DNA from: a virus
Length of the DNA stretch: 64,000 nucleotides
IMG/VR virus record: IMGVR_UViG_3300007775_000001
Location: 1 to 64,000 of that record
Strand: one strand, 5' to 3'
Shown: positions 10,205 to 19,894 of the stretch, in pieces
How the letters are laid out: the number at the start of each line of letters is the position of its first letter
Numbering within the stretch: the first letter of the stretch is position 1
Made by a program: the position numbers and the translations under genes
Notes under the pieces: model-generated
The model's database searches: none
Told to the model about the DNA's origin: nothing
The model's input: only the letters and a program-made list of their open reading frames with translations

Positions 10205-10687
10205 ATGGTTGATTTGAACATGCGTTTGAGCGAGAACTTTTCTCTGCGGGAGATGCTGTACAGTGAGACGGCAGCCCGTCAGGGGATCGACAATGTGCCC
10301 AACGATGAGCAGCTTGAGAACCTGAAGTTTTTGGTGAACTCGTTGCTCCAGCCAATCCGTACAGTGATTGGCAAACCACTTATCGTGAAAAGTGGGCTCA
10401 GGGTTCTGGAACTCAATCGTGCTGTAGGCAGTAAAGACACGAGTCAGCATGTGCTTGGAGAGGCAGCCGATATTGAAATGATCGGTATGAGCAACTACGA
10501 GCTTGCTCAGTTCATCCAAGACAACATGCAGCACGATCAGGTCATCTTGGAATTCTACACACCCGGCAATCCACATAGCGGGTGGGTACATGTTTCAGTG
10601 AAGCGGGACGCGGTCAACAGGAGTCAAAGTCTCACAGCATCGTTGGTCAGTGGGTCTGTCCAGTATCAAAATGGACTGATTGCGTGA
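10205..10687 (+). CDS. Endolysin, peptidase M15 family
   Basis: LSENFSLREM, SGLR..ELNRAVG, SQH..GEAADI, WVHVS zinc-peptidase motifs; GGAGG RBS before ATG 10205. Confidence 0.9.
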   Translation: MVDLNMRLSENFSLREMLYSETAARQGIDNVPNDEQLENLKFLVNSLLQPIRTVIGKPLIVKSGLRVLELNRAVGSKDTSQHVLGEAADIEMIGMSNYELAQFIQDNMQHDQVILEFYTPGNPHSGWVHVSVKRDAVNRSQSLTASLVSGSVQYQNGLIA

Positions 10688-10709
10688 CATTCCGATAAGG
10701 GTGTGATCT

Positions 10710-11048
10710 ATGTCAGTCTGCGGTGTATCAGAGCGTTACGGCTCAAAAAGGAGTTATGGACAGATGAGCTTCGGGAAACTCATTGCCGCGTCGGTCGGAA
10801 TTGCCATGCTGATCGGCATGCCCATCGGGTATGACCGATACAGGGAAGGTCGGCTGGAGGCACATGTTGCGTCTCACGATCTGGTTGACCAGAGAGAGCG
10901 TGAGAAGATCGAATCCCGTGTTGAAAAGCAGGTCGAAGAACTCAAGAGTGATATGAACAGGCAGTTCGACAAGCTTGATCGACACCTTGTCTACATCAGG
11001 GAAAGGATCGATGCCGCCAGCGAAGCAGAAAAAAAGCCTTCTCGTTAG
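10710..11048 (+). CDS. Single-TM coiled-coil protein in lysis cassette (holin/antiholin candidate)
   Basis: One hydrophobic helix followed by a charged coiled coil; follows the endolysin. Confidence 0.4.
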   Translation: MSVCGVSERYGSKRSYGQMSFGKLIAASVGIAMLIGMPIGYDRYREGRLEAHVASHDLVDQREREKIESRVEKQVEELKSDMNRQFDKLDRHLVYIRERIDAASEAEKKPSR

Positions 11049-11424
11049 ACTCTATGAGAGGGATTGGTCATGGGTTGACTCGTTCATTGCGGGCGGATTG
11101 ATGCTCGCGGTTGGGTATTATTGGGGACGAGCAAATCTCTTCCACGTATCCTTCAAAGAGTCCGTAGGGTTCTTGACTTTCATGGTCAGGATGTTTGGTG
11201 CGATGGCTTTTTGGATGCTGGCCTGGACAGCCGCAAGGGCTCCTCGTCCATCCAAGGACTACATCCAGTGGGAGAAGCTTTCGGCTGCACAGATGGTGGT
11301 GCTCAAGCTGAGCGACAACTATATCGCGATCACGGCTGCGTTGTGTACCATCGGGTTCATGATCAGCATTGCTCCCGGTGTGTCTGACATCATCGCTTCA
11401 TGGATTGTCAGAGGAGCGAAATGA
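10975..11424 (+). CDS. Multi-TM membrane protein (holin candidate)
   Basis: About three hydrophobic segments; lies between endolysin and spanins. Confidence 0.45.
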   Translation: MIDTLSTSGKGSMPPAKQKKSLLVRLYERDWSWVDSFIAGGLMLAVGYYWGRANLFHVSFKESVGFLTFMVRMFGAMAFWMLAWTAARAPRPSKDYIQWEKLSAAQMVVLKLSDNYIAITAALCTIGFMISIAPGVSDIIASWIVRGAK

Positions 11425-11864
11425 GCTTGCTACTGAACAAGTACGTCATCGGCGGTCTCGTTCTGCTTGCGATCTACGGTGGAACTGTAGCGAAATACAA
11501 GATCGAGATCAGTGGACTTCACGATCAGATCACGCAACTGGAGAACGAGAAGATTGAGCTTGGCAACAGGTTCAATGTCGAGAAGGCACGGACTACTGAT
11601 CTGGCTCAACAGCTTGCCGCCGAGCAGGTGGCGCGGGTCAAGGTCGAGAAAGACCGTGATCGTTTGGCTCAGACTGTCCAAGATCAGAATGCTCAGATTA
11701 CAGGGCTCAAAGCGAGAGCCCTACAGGCTGAAGCCATGGCGAATCAGAAGGCGGCGGAAGCTTTGCTCGCCGGTGAGCGCGAACGTCGAGCAATCGACAA
11801 TCTTGCACATGGCTACGAGGTGATGAACTCATGGTTCAGAGACAAGTTTGGCTTTGGGTCGTAG
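11421..11864 (+). CDS. Inner-membrane spanin (Rz-like)
   Basis: N-terminal TM then long coiled coil; overlaps a downstream lipoprotein gene. Confidence 0.7.
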   Translation: MSLLLNKYVIGGLVLLAIYGGTVAKYKIEISGLHDQITQLENEKIELGNRFNVEKARTTDLAQQLAAEQVARVKVEKDRDRLAQTVQDQNAQITGLKARALQAEAMANQKAAEALLAGERERRAIDNLAHGYEVMNSWFRDKFGFGS

Positions 11865-12184
11865 GTCTACTGTTGCTTGCGGGTTGCTCGAACGCGAAGC
11901 CAGAGAAGTTTGACTGTCCGACTCCTCCCCCTCCTGTCACGATCACATTGACCAAGAAAGTGAAGGTCGAGGTTCCCGTACCGGTGTATAGGACTCCTCC
12001 TCCTGAACTGATGAACGAGTACAAGCCCGATGGGATTCCGGAGTTTGTACCTCCTAGTGATCCACGGGCAACGAGCGCATTGACCGGAGACGAGGGCGAG
12101 AAGCCGCTTCTCCGTATCGTTCAAGACCTCATCAACAGAGACAAAGCATGGAGAGCGTGGGCGACCAAGCATCCAGACCAGTAG
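11831..12184 (+). CDS. Outer-membrane spanin lipoprotein (Rz1-like)
   Basis: Lipobox LLAGC, proline-rich mature part, overlaps the i-spanin 3' end. Confidence 0.75.
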   Translation: MVQRQVWLWVVGLLLLAGCSNAKPEKFDCPTPPPPVTITLTKKVKVEVPVPVYRTPPPELMNEYKPDGIPEFVPPSDPRATSALTGDEGEKPLLRIVQDLINRDKAWRAWATKHPDQ

Positions 12185-12456
12185 ACAGGAGACCGCTTCG
12201 CAAGAGAGCCAAGTTTATTGGCCCGATGATCTGTGCGATCATGAGTGTGACGGTCTTCCTTGGTGCGACGGTATTTGTGGGCGTCTTGGTCTATGAGAAG
12301 GGCGTGACCAGTGATGTTGTCGCACTGTCGAAGGAGGTCTTTTCTTTTGCCGGATCGACGGTGTTCGGATTGTTGGGCCTTGGTGCAACCATCGGTGGTG
12401 CTGCTGGATTGCACGATGGACTTCGGGACATGGGTTCGGCCAAAGCTGCAATGTGA
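12148..12456 (+). CDS. Two-TM membrane protein (holin candidate)
   Basis: Two hydrophobic helices at the end of the lysis cassette. Confidence 0.4.
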   Translation: MESVGDQASRPVDRRPLRKRAKFIGPMICAIMSVTVFLGATVFVGVLVYEKGVTSDVVALSKEVFSFAGSTVFGLLGLGATIGGAAGLHDGLRDMGSAKAAM

Positions 12457-12478
12457 GTTTCTACGTAGAAACTCACAT
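12451..12478. repeat. Dispersed palindrome copy 2, extended to 28 bp
   Basis: ATGTGAGTTTCTACGTAGAAACTCACAT; contains the stop codons of both convergent genes. Confidence 0.95.
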
Positions 12479-13822
12479 GCGCTCAGCCCTGATCCTGAAG
12501 GCGGGTTCGGATCGGTAGGAGGTGGCCCGCTCGACGCTGTGGTTCTTGAGGTTGCTTTGCCCCACCACGATGAAGTCAAACACTTCAGCGTACTCCTTCC
12601 CCTCTGCTTTCCTCAAAACCCTTCCAATTCCTTGCTTGGTCTGGATTTCGGTTGCTTGGAAGCGGCCATTGATCAACACGTCTACTGATGGGATGTCGGT
12701 TCCTTCACCGAAGATTTCTGTGGCGATCAGGCATGGGAATTCACGATTGATGAATCTCTTCTTCTGGTCTTCGCGGTATGAGACAGGAAGCTCGCCATGC
12801 AGGTAGACGGCTTCTGGGATCATATGGTTCAGAATTTTGCCATGTTCGACTCGTCTAACTAGAATGAGAACTTGCTTTCCTTCAGCGATCTTGGCCTGGG
12901 CGACAGCGGCGATCTTCTTGTTGGTCGGCTCGTAGCGGATAATTTCATCGTAGGCTGTAGCGTATTTGTGCTTTGACCATCCTTTGAGACGATGATGGAA
13001 GAGTGTGATTTGTGGTCGTACGAGATACCCCCGTTCAATCAGTTGCGAGGTGGTGACGCGGTAGATCACTTCACTGATGACCCCGTGCAAGGTCATGTTC
13101 TCACCATCTTGACGGACAAATGTTCCGGTCATGCCGTAGCGATGGTAGGCGTTGTAGCATGCCCGGTTGAGATCGAGGTAGGTCTTTGCCGCTGAGTGGT
13201 GAAACTCGTCTGTGAACAGAAGTTGGAATCGCTCGAAATCTGCTGGATTGGGTTTGGCAAGAGCTTGGATGTTTGTGACGATGATTGGCTTGTCATCGGT
13301 GATGTTGTTTGAGACCTGTCCTGGGAAGAAGATATCGAAGCTCTCTGTGACCTGTGAGCGAAGGCCCACGTTTGGTGTGATGAAAAGCGTTGGAACGTCC
13401 TTGTATGCGATGACCAGAGCAGATGTGAATGTCTTACCTCCACCAGTTCCGATGATGTATACACCACGGTTTTGCACAGAACTGATTTTGGCAGCTTCGA
13501 CTTGATAGGGTCTGGGTCGCATCTCTTCTGGGATGCTGATTTTGATGCCAGCCTTGCCGGTGGGTGGTACGCGTTGATCAACGATATCGTACGCGATGTT
13601 CTCTTTGTTGAGATACCGTTTGACCATGTGGACAAGGCCAAGTGGGAACTCTCCATTCTTGTTCATTAGGTACTCACGAGCATCCCAGAAGGGTCGTGAT
13701 CGTCTGGCGAATACGGCTCCCTTGATTTCATAGCTCATGAGTCTTCGAAGAACATCGAAGGTCTCATTTTCGGCTCCAGCGATTTTCCCGAATGTGTTCT
13801 GGAGGTAGATTTTCATGCTCAA
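12473..13822 (-). CDS. Superfamily 2 DNA helicase (UvsW-like)
   Basis: RPYQ, GTGGGKT Walker A, DEFHH, GMTGT, QGIGRVLR motifs. Confidence 0.9.
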   Translation of the reverse strand: MSMKIYLQNTFGKIAGAENETFDVLRRLMSYEIKGAVFARRSRPFWDAREYLMNKNGEFPLGLVHMVKRYLNKENIAYDIVDQRVPPTGKAGIKISIPEEMRPRPYQVEAAKISSVQNRGVYIIGTGGGKTFTSALVIAYKDVPTLFITPNVGLRSQVTESFDIFFPGQVSNNITDDKPIIVTNIQALAKPNPADFERFQLLFTDEFHHSAAKTYLDLNRACYNAYHRYGMTGTFVRQDGENMTLHGVISEVIYRVTTSQLIERGYLVRPQITLFHHRLKGWSKHKYATAYDEIIRYEPTNKKIAAVAQAKIAEGKQVLILVRRVEHGKILNHMIPEAVYLHGELPVSYREDQKKRFINREFPCLIATEIFGEGTDIPSVDVLINGRFQATEIQTKQGIGRVLRKAEGKEYAEVFDFIVVGQSNLKNHSVERATSYRSEPAFRIRAERM

Positions 13823-13900
13823 TCTCCTTGCAATCTTTGACGGTGTAGGGTAAGATTATCAACTATCTAGGGATAAGTCCATCGAATTCGCGGGGCCGGT

Positions 13901-14284
13901 ATGGTTGATCATGTCCTTCTTCACCACAAGGACACAGAGGTTGTTTTTGTGGTGTCCAATATCTTCTGTATCAAACAGGAGACAAGTGAGCGTGGTGTCC
14001 TGGTTGTGCCAATCAATGGTGATTCGATAGGTGCCGTTGAGGTTAGGGAGAGCTTCGCTGATGTGATGGCACTGATGAAGGTTGGCGATGGCTTCAAGGG
14101 CGGCATGGCTCATGTCAGGGACTTCAAGACTGATGCCATGGCGTTGTTAAACCCGTCCAACGTCTTCTATCTCTACGAGGAAGGTGATGGGTGTGTTGTT
14201 TGTCCAGTTGCCGGTGGATTCGAAGAGAATGGCATGAAAATCAAGTCGGTGTCCTACCTGTTGCAGTATCTTTTCAAAGACTGA
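13901..14284 (+). CDS. Hypothetical protein
   Basis: 127 aa ORF, first gene of the divergent replication operon. Confidence 0.55.
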   Translation: MVDHVLLHHKDTEVVFVVSNIFCIKQETSERGVLVVPINGDSIGAVEVRESFADVMALMKVGDGFKGGMAHVRDFKTDAMALLNPSNVFYLYEEGDGCVVCPVAGGFEENGMKIKSVSYLLQYLFKD

Positions 14285-14288
14285 GTCG

Positions 14289-14813
14289 ATGTTCTTCCCA
14301 CACTTCACGGAGTACAATGTCGTGCGTGCGGAGCCTCAAGGGATTGACCTTGAGGCAGAGATCAGACGTGCGAAGAAGAGGAACACTGCGATTGCTGAGA
14401 AGGTTGTCTTCAGGTTCCTAATGGACAAGAAGAAGATCAGAGAGACGCAGGCGAACAAAGCGATCCAGAAAGAGAACGAGTTCGATGTTCGTCTCCGTTC
14501 TGTGAGCGAGTTCATGTCCCTGTGGAATAGGTGGAGAGCCTTCTATCTGGGTCTTGGATCGATACAACCGAAAACGAGTTCTCAGCTTACTGCGATTGAG
14601 AATGCAATCGATATTGCGAATGCAAACTCGTTCAAGTTGACGGTGTTCATCGCGGCTATTCATCGCGAATTCAAGAGACGGAACGTGAATCCGGGCTTTC
14701 ACGATCTGGTCAGGTTCGGTGAAGAACACTACCACAAGCACTTCAATGGTGTCATCGCTGACCTGGATGATGTGAGCTACCAAGAGGAGGCATTGGATGG
14801 CGGCTCCGTTTAA
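14289..14813 (+). CDS. Hypothetical protein
   Basis: 174 aa ORF coupled to the DnaB-like gene. Confidence 0.6.
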   Translation: MFFPHFTEYNVVRAEPQGIDLEAEIRRAKKRNTAIAEKVVFRFLMDKKKIRETQANKAIQKENEFDVRLRSVSEFMSLWNRWRAFYLGLGSIQPKTSSQLTAIENAIDIANANSFKLTVFIAAIHREFKRRNVNPGFHDLVRFGEEHYHKHFNGVIADLDDVSYQEEALDGGSV

Positions 14814-16146
14814 CTTTGGACAAGCTTTCCAGGAGGAAATGCTTGCCTTGATGCTGGCCGATGCTGGATTTGCACATCGGGCAGGGCAATACGTTCCAGA
14901 AGACAGACTGTATAGTGAGGTTCACAAATGGCTCTTCACGTTCGTTAAAGAGCGTGTTGACACATCGAATGAAGTCCCGTCCTACTCTGAGATCGAGAAC
15001 GAGATCATCCGCAAGGTTGATCGTTCAAAGCGACGGATGTATAAGGCATTTCTGGACGAGGTGTACACCAAACCGATTCCGAATCCAGGGTACGTCAAGA
15101 CGATGCTGACGGATTATGCGCGTCGTGCGTTTTTCTTGAACGTCTTCAGCACGGGCCAAACGCTGTGGAACAGTCGGAAATTTGACGAGGCATACATATC
15201 TGTCCAGGACGGAATAAACGAGCTTTACGGGATTGACTTCTCAGATGAGGTGTCGGTTTCGCTGAGTGAGTTTGAAGATGTGCGTCAACAGTTTGTGACA
15301 GACAGCACAACAACAAAGCGACGGCTTCCAACAGGTATCCCCGGTATCGATTCGGTGTTGCAAGGTGGTCTTGCCAAGGGCGAGATGGGGATCATCCTGG
15401 CTGAAGCTAAGCGCGGAAAGTCAATTTCACTGATACACATGGGAGCGATCTGCCTCATGATGCGGATGGGTCGTGTTGTACACTTCCAGTTGGAGGGTGC
15501 AGCCGATCAAACTACGATGCGTTATCAGGCAAGGCTATCGCATGTCCCGTACAATCGAATCAGGCGTGATGATCTGACCGATCCAGAGAGGGAAGCATTG
15601 CTGAAGTTCCCTCAACGGATCGGTGACAACCTCGAAGTGATACCTCTGAACTCAAGGTGGGACTACACCGTTGCCGATCTGGATGCTAGAATTGTTCAGA
15701 TGCAGAGGCGTGGTCGTGCTCCTGATCTTGTCATCGTTGACTATGGTGATCTTCTGACCACGGACAAGCATCGAGAGGTAAGATTGAAACAGATGCAGGT
15801 TTTCCGTGAGTTGAAGCAGCTTGCCATGGTGCGCAAGGTGGCATTGTGGACGGCTTCTCAATCACAGAGGCCATCGAAGGAACAGAGCGGTGCTCCGACC
15901 GTGCTCAGGAGCAAGGATATCGCAGAAGCGTACGAGAAGGTCAGGATCACGGACTTCCTGATGACGTTGAATCAGACCGCTCGTGAAAGGCTGATGGGTG
16001 TGATGCGTGTTCACATCGACATCTATCGGGACAACGAGGCCGACAAAACCATCATGCCTGTGGTGGACTTCTCCAGGATGGTATTCCATTCCGCCAAGTA
16101 TGGATGCATCGATCCTTCGACGGTGCCAAGATTCGGTAAGCGATGA
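14797..16146 (+). CDS. Replicative DNA helicase, DnaB family
   Basis: LPTGIPGIDSVLQGGL, AEAKRGKS Walker A, VIVDYGDLL Walker B, LWTASQ. Confidence 0.9.
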   Translation: MAAPFNFGQAFQEEMLALMLADAGFAHRAGQYVPEDRLYSEVHKWLFTFVKERVDTSNEVPSYSEIENEIIRKVDRSKRRMYKAFLDEVYTKPIPNPGYVKTMLTDYARRAFFLNVFSTGQTLWNSRKFDEAYISVQDGINELYGIDFSDEVSVSLSEFEDVRQQFVTDSTTTKRRLPTGIPGIDSVLQGGLAKGEMGIILAEAKRGKSISLIHMGAICLMMRMGRVVHFQLEGAADQTTMRYQARLSHVPYNRIRRDDLTDPEREALLKFPQRIGDNLEVIPLNSRWDYTVADLDARIVQMQRRGRAPDLVIVDYGDLLTTDKHREVRLKQMQVFRELKQLAMVRKVALWTASQSQRPSKEQSGAPTVLRSKDIAEAYEKVRITDFLMTLNQTARERLMGVMRVHIDIYRDNEADKTIMPVVDFSRMVFHSAKYGCIDPSTVPRFGKR

Positions 16147-17183
16147 TGGATGTGTTCTTCGAAGACGATCCGCACGAGACATTTGTCTCGTCACAGGAAC
16201 GGTATCCAAACTTTTCGCTCGAAGAGTACCTGAAAGAACTGGCGGTTCCGTTCAAGGTACATGCTTCGGACGATCACGAGGAGCATGCAATATGCTGTCC
16301 TGAGTGCGTCAATCGTGGTGAAGAACGTCCTGATATCAAGTATAGGTTGTGGATCAACCACGAGAAGGGGTCGTTCACGTGCTACAACTGCGACTGGAGT
16401 GGGACGCTCGTATCCTTGGTGCGTTCACTGTCTCAGGTGACGGTTGAGAAAGCAATCAAGATTCTGAGTGGTAAAAGTCTTGACCCTATGGAACACATGA
16501 ATCTGAAGCTCGTGATGGAGGAGCAGGAAGATGTGAGCTTCGGTGAAGACGATGTTCTGAAGCCCGTAGACCTTCCTTACGGGTTCGATCCGATCACGGG
16601 GCCACATCCATACCTGGAGAAGCGTGGTATCCCATGGGAATACGCGAGAGATCATGAATGGGGTCACTGTTCTGTCGGGTTCTACGCGAATCGGATCATC
16701 GTGCCTACCTTCATGAACAGTGTGCTCGTGTACTGGCAGGCGCGTGCTACCTGGGAAGATAACAGCAAGGACTTCAGGAAGGTGCTGAATCCCACACAGG
16801 CAAGCTCGAAACCAATTCTGTACCAGTATGATGATGCCAAGGAATTCTCACACATCATTATTGTCGAGGGGTTTACAGATGCAGTGAAGGTCGGGCCGGA
16901 TGCGGTAGCCACAAATGGCAAGCGGTTGCATGGAAAGCAGGTCGGGTGGCTTTCGAAGACAAAGGCTCAGACTGTCACGCTGATGTGGGATGAAGATGCC
17001 TGGAAGACTCGTAAGCGCAAGAACGGAGGGATCGTGCAGTCTCCTATCATGAGTGCTGCTGATCTGTTGAAGGTGCGTTTCCATGTCCGTTTGGCACGGA
17101 TGCCAGACGCGAACGATGCTGGATCATACCCCTACAAAAGTCCTGCTCTCCGTAAGATCATCGAGGATGCCACTCCAGCTTGA
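16143..17183 (+). CDS. DNA primase (Zn finger plus TOPRIM)
   Basis: CPEC...CYNC zinc finger; YLEKRGI; RIIVP; IIVEGFTDA; MWDED. Confidence 0.85.
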   Translation: MMDVFFEDDPHETFVSSQERYPNFSLEEYLKELAVPFKVHASDDHEEHAICCPECVNRGEERPDIKYRLWINHEKGSFTCYNCDWSGTLVSLVRSLSQVTVEKAIKILSGKSLDPMEHMNLKLVMEEQEDVSFGEDDVLKPVDLPYGFDPITGPHPYLEKRGIPWEYARDHEWGHCSVGFYANRIIVPTFMNSVLVYWQARATWEDNSKDFRKVLNPTQASSKPILYQYDDAKEFSHIIIVEGFTDAVKVGPDAVATNGKRLHGKQVGWLSKTKAQTVTLMWDEDAWKTRKRKNGGIVQSPIMSAADLLKVRFHVRLARMPDANDAGSYPYKSPALRKIIEDATPA

Positions 17184-17208
17184 CAACTCAGAATGAGTGT
17201 AGTACAGT
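17180..17208 (+). promoter_or_regulatory. Sigma70-type early promoter
   Basis: TTGACA-17 bp-TACAGT with TGTAG before the -10. Confidence 0.75.
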
Positions 17209-17243
17209 CATACCGCAACTACTCATTCTGAACGGAGAGAGCT

Positions 17244-17621
17244 ATGCCAATCCAAGTTCCAGAGAAGCTTCCGTTCGAGGAAGGCTTCTACGAGTGCGTG
17301 TCTGACAAGCACCAAAAGTTCTGGGCAATCGTCCAGAACAATGACACGGGTAGATTCACTACCTCGTGGGGGAAGTTGGGTCGCCCCGCACAGGGAGAGA
17401 AGTCCGGTCTGCTTCAGAGAGAAGCGACAGCCAAGGTCAACGAGAAGATTCGCAAGGGGTACAAGTTCAAGATGGGTGTCGGAGCGATGGCAAAGCATTG
17501 TGTATACGCGGCTTCGAAGGTGGAGATGAGGGAAGCTATTGCCTCTCGCGGGCTCATCACTCCGGAGCTTCGGAAGAAGCATACCGGTATGGACATCCTT
17601 GCAGAGCTTGCCAACATTTGA
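17244..17621 (+). CDS. WGR-domain protein
   Basis: KFWAI...TSWGKLGRPAQ...EKIRKGYK matches the WGR pattern; ends DILAELANI. Confidence 0.75.
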   Translation: MPIQVPEKLPFEEGFYECVSDKHQKFWAIVQNNDTGRFTTSWGKLGRPAQGEKSGLLQREATAKVNEKIRKGYKFKMGVGAMAKHCVYAASKVEMREAIASRGLITPELRKKHTGMDILAELANI

Positions 17622-17634
17622 GTTCTCTTTTTTG

Positions 17635-17663
17635 TTGACAACCCTGTAGTCATGTAGTACAGT
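17635..17663 (+). promoter_or_regulatory. Sigma70-type early promoter
   Basis: TTGACA-17 bp-TACAGT with TGTAG. Confidence 0.8.
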
Positions 17664-17704
17664 GGTTTTGAAGGATCAGATTGAACCTGAACGGAGTGGC
17701 GACC

Positions 17705-18592
17705 ATGAATGACATCCAGAACGCGGATCGTCGTGGAACGATGATCTATTGGGAAGTGAAGGACTTCGGGGCCACAAGAGATCAGTTGGAAGCTTTGGGC
17801 TTCGGGAATTATGTTCCCCGCAACAAGGCTCGCGCGGCTTTGATCAAGGCCCTGAAGAAGATCACAAAGGGCGAGCAGGAATTCTACCGTCGATTCGCGG
17901 ATGAGCCCACGTCGGTACGCTTCGCGGTCGTGAATCCGGAGACGGTGCAGACCCGTGATCACGCTGGCAAGGCCAACATCGACATCGAGTTCCACAAGCG
18001 GATCGTGATCCATCTGGACAAGAAGACGGAGAACCTGACCATCGTCTCTGGCGATGACATGACCTTCTTCAACGCGATCCAACGGGTCTACTACCGCGAA
18101 CGTGAAACTCTGGACGCTCAGCAATTCCGGGCCTTTGTAACCCGCGTGGTGTTGGAGGTGGGTCGCGGTGTGCCGATGCGAACGGCTGGCGGAATCTACT
18201 TTATCGACAACCGGAAGGTTGAGGTTCTGGATAAGCTGACTCAGATTTTCGACCAGTATCCGGGGACTTCGACACTGTACAAGGTGGGTCTGTACGGTGA
18301 CCCCGATTCGATGGTGGCTCTCCAAGAAGCTGTGTCCACCGATATTGCTTCGGAGATCGACACGATGATCCGTGAGATGTCTGAAGACACAGTAGAACCG
18401 ATGACTCCCCGGATGGTGCAGACCCGTAAGGATCGGTTGGATGAAGTGCTGGGCAAGGTGGAATTCTACCGGAACGTGCTTAGCAACCGGTCGGTAGAAC
18501 TCAAGACCCGTGCAGAGCAACTGAAGGCTGCGGTGACTGTCTACACGGGAACGACGCACCAAACCTTTCTGGACATGCTGGAAGACATCTAA
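17705..18592 (+). CDS. Conserved phage protein (DUF3150/DUF6744-like)
   Basis: VPMRTAGGIYFI motif and helical C-terminus; ATG 17705 follows the leader motif. Confidence 0.5.
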   Translation: MNDIQNADRRGTMIYWEVKDFGATRDQLEALGFGNYVPRNKARAALIKALKKITKGEQEFYRRFADEPTSVRFAVVNPETVQTRDHAGKANIDIEFHKRIVIHLDKKTENLTIVSGDDMTFFNAIQRVYYRERETLDAQQFRAFVTRVVLEVGRGVPMRTAGGIYFIDNRKVEVLDKLTQIFDQYPGTSTLYKVGLYGDPDSMVALQEAVSTDIASEIDTMIREMSEDTVEPMTPRMVQTRKDRLDEVLGKVEFYRNVLSNRSVELKTRAEQLKAAVTVYTGTTHQTFLDMLEDI

Positions 18593-18631
18593 TAGGAGGG
18601 GCCTTGGCCCCTCCTCTGTTCAGAGCTACCC

Positions 18632-18660
18632 TTGACCTTTTGTAGCACATGTAGTACACT
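18632..18660 (+). promoter_or_regulatory. Sigma70-type early promoter
   Basis: TTGACC-17 bp-TACACT with TGTAG. Confidence 0.75.
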
Positions 18661-18697
18661 ATAGGTGAAGGGTGGTTCTGAACAGAGGAGATTGACC

Positions 18698-19546
18698 ATG
18701 AAGAAGATTCGAGTGTTCTACAGCGACAGTCAGAGTGTGGATGATCGGACGCTCTTCAGTCCTTCGGTGCGCAAGCCACGGCTTGTGATGGTGGACTGGT
18801 ACAACAAGCAAGCGTTTCCGGTCAAGGTACTGAACTTCGATCCTGTGACCGCAAAAGACCTTCATCGCGTCCACGAGAAGCGGTATGTGAACGGCGTATT
18901 GAAGACCAAGCGTCAGAACGGGTTCGGGTCGCGTTCAAAAGCGATTGCTCAAAGTCTGCTCTGGACTTCGGGTTCGATGGTGGCTGCGACACTGGATGCC
19001 ATGAAGACTGGTGGTGTGGCTGTCAGTCCCACGAGCGGTTTCCATCATGCCGGATACTTTGGTGGTGGTGGCTTCTGCACGTTCAACGGGCTCATGCTGG
19101 CTGCTCTTAAGGCGTTCGATGCCGGTGCCAAGAAGGTTGCGATCCTGGACTTGGATCAGCACTACGGCAACGGGACAGACAGTATCATCAGAGAGCTTCG
19201 GCTGAAAGACAAGGTGGCCCACTGGACTCTGGGTAGCTCTGATGTTAACACGAGAAATGCCCACTTGTTCATTGACTGGCTCCCTGGTAAGATCGAGCAG
19301 TGCTTCGCTGGAGCGGACGTGCTGATCTACCAAGCCGGTGCGGATTGTCACAAGGATGATCCGCTGGGTGGCCGGTTCACTACTGAGCAGATGTTTCTTC
19401 GAGATCGCGCCGTCTTCCAGACGGCGAAACGGCTGGGTCTTCCCGTGGCGTGGAATCTCGCGGGTGGATACCAAGACCCTGTGGAAAAAGTTGTGGCAAT
19501 CCATCGCAATACGATGATGGAAGCTATCGACACGTATCTCAGCTAG
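18698..19546 (+). CDS. Zn-dependent histone deacetylase family protein
   Basis: GFHHAG, GGGFCTFN, ILDLDQHYGNGT, YQAGADCHKDDPLG and AGGY motifs intact. Confidence 0.92.
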   Translation: MKKIRVFYSDSQSVDDRTLFSPSVRKPRLVMVDWYNKQAFPVKVLNFDPVTAKDLHRVHEKRYVNGVLKTKRQNGFGSRSKAIAQSLLWTSGSMVAATLDAMKTGGVAVSPTSGFHHAGYFGGGGFCTFNGLMLAALKAFDAGAKKVAILDLDQHYGNGTDSIIRELRLKDKVAHWTLGSSDVNTRNAHLFIDWLPGKIEQCFAGADVLIYQAGADCHKDDPLGGRFTTEQMFLRDRAVFQTAKRLGLPVAWNLAGGYQDPVEKVVAIHRNTMMEAIDTYLS

Positions 19547-19557
19547 TGGAGATCGGC

Positions 19558-19827
19558 ATGTCGTTCAATGTGACAGAAGAGACGCTTGAGATCGATGCTG
19601 ACAACATGAAACCAACCAGTATTCGGTTTGACGCGGATCAGAAGAAGTACCTGAAGGCCCTGATGATTGCTTTCCGCAAGAAGACGGGCGAACGGGCAAC
19701 GCTGGGATGGCTGATCAAGAAGCTCATTGAGACAGCCGTCCCAGCGTTCCTAGAAGAGTACGGGATCACTTCGGAAGAGATCAGCGAGATTGAGAAGACG
19801 ATCAAGGTGGTCAAAAAAGAGGTTTGA
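19558..19827 (+). CDS. Small putative DNA-binding protein (ribbon-helix-helix-like)
   Basis: KPTSIRFDADQKKYLKAL..TLGWLIKKLIE strand-helix-helix pattern. Confidence 0.4.
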   Translation: MSFNVTEETLEIDADNMKPTSIRFDADQKKYLKALMIAFRKKTGERATLGWLIKKLIETAVPAFLEEYGITSEEISEIEKTIKVVKKEV

Positions 19828-19852
19828 CTTTCTGTATGACATGTAGTACAGT
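19824..19852 (+). promoter_or_regulatory. Sigma70-type early promoter
   Basis: TTGACT-17 bp-TACAGT with TGTAG. Confidence 0.8.
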
Positions 19853-19894
19853 TTGATTGTGGTTGAACGAGTAACCTGAACGGAGAGATTGACC

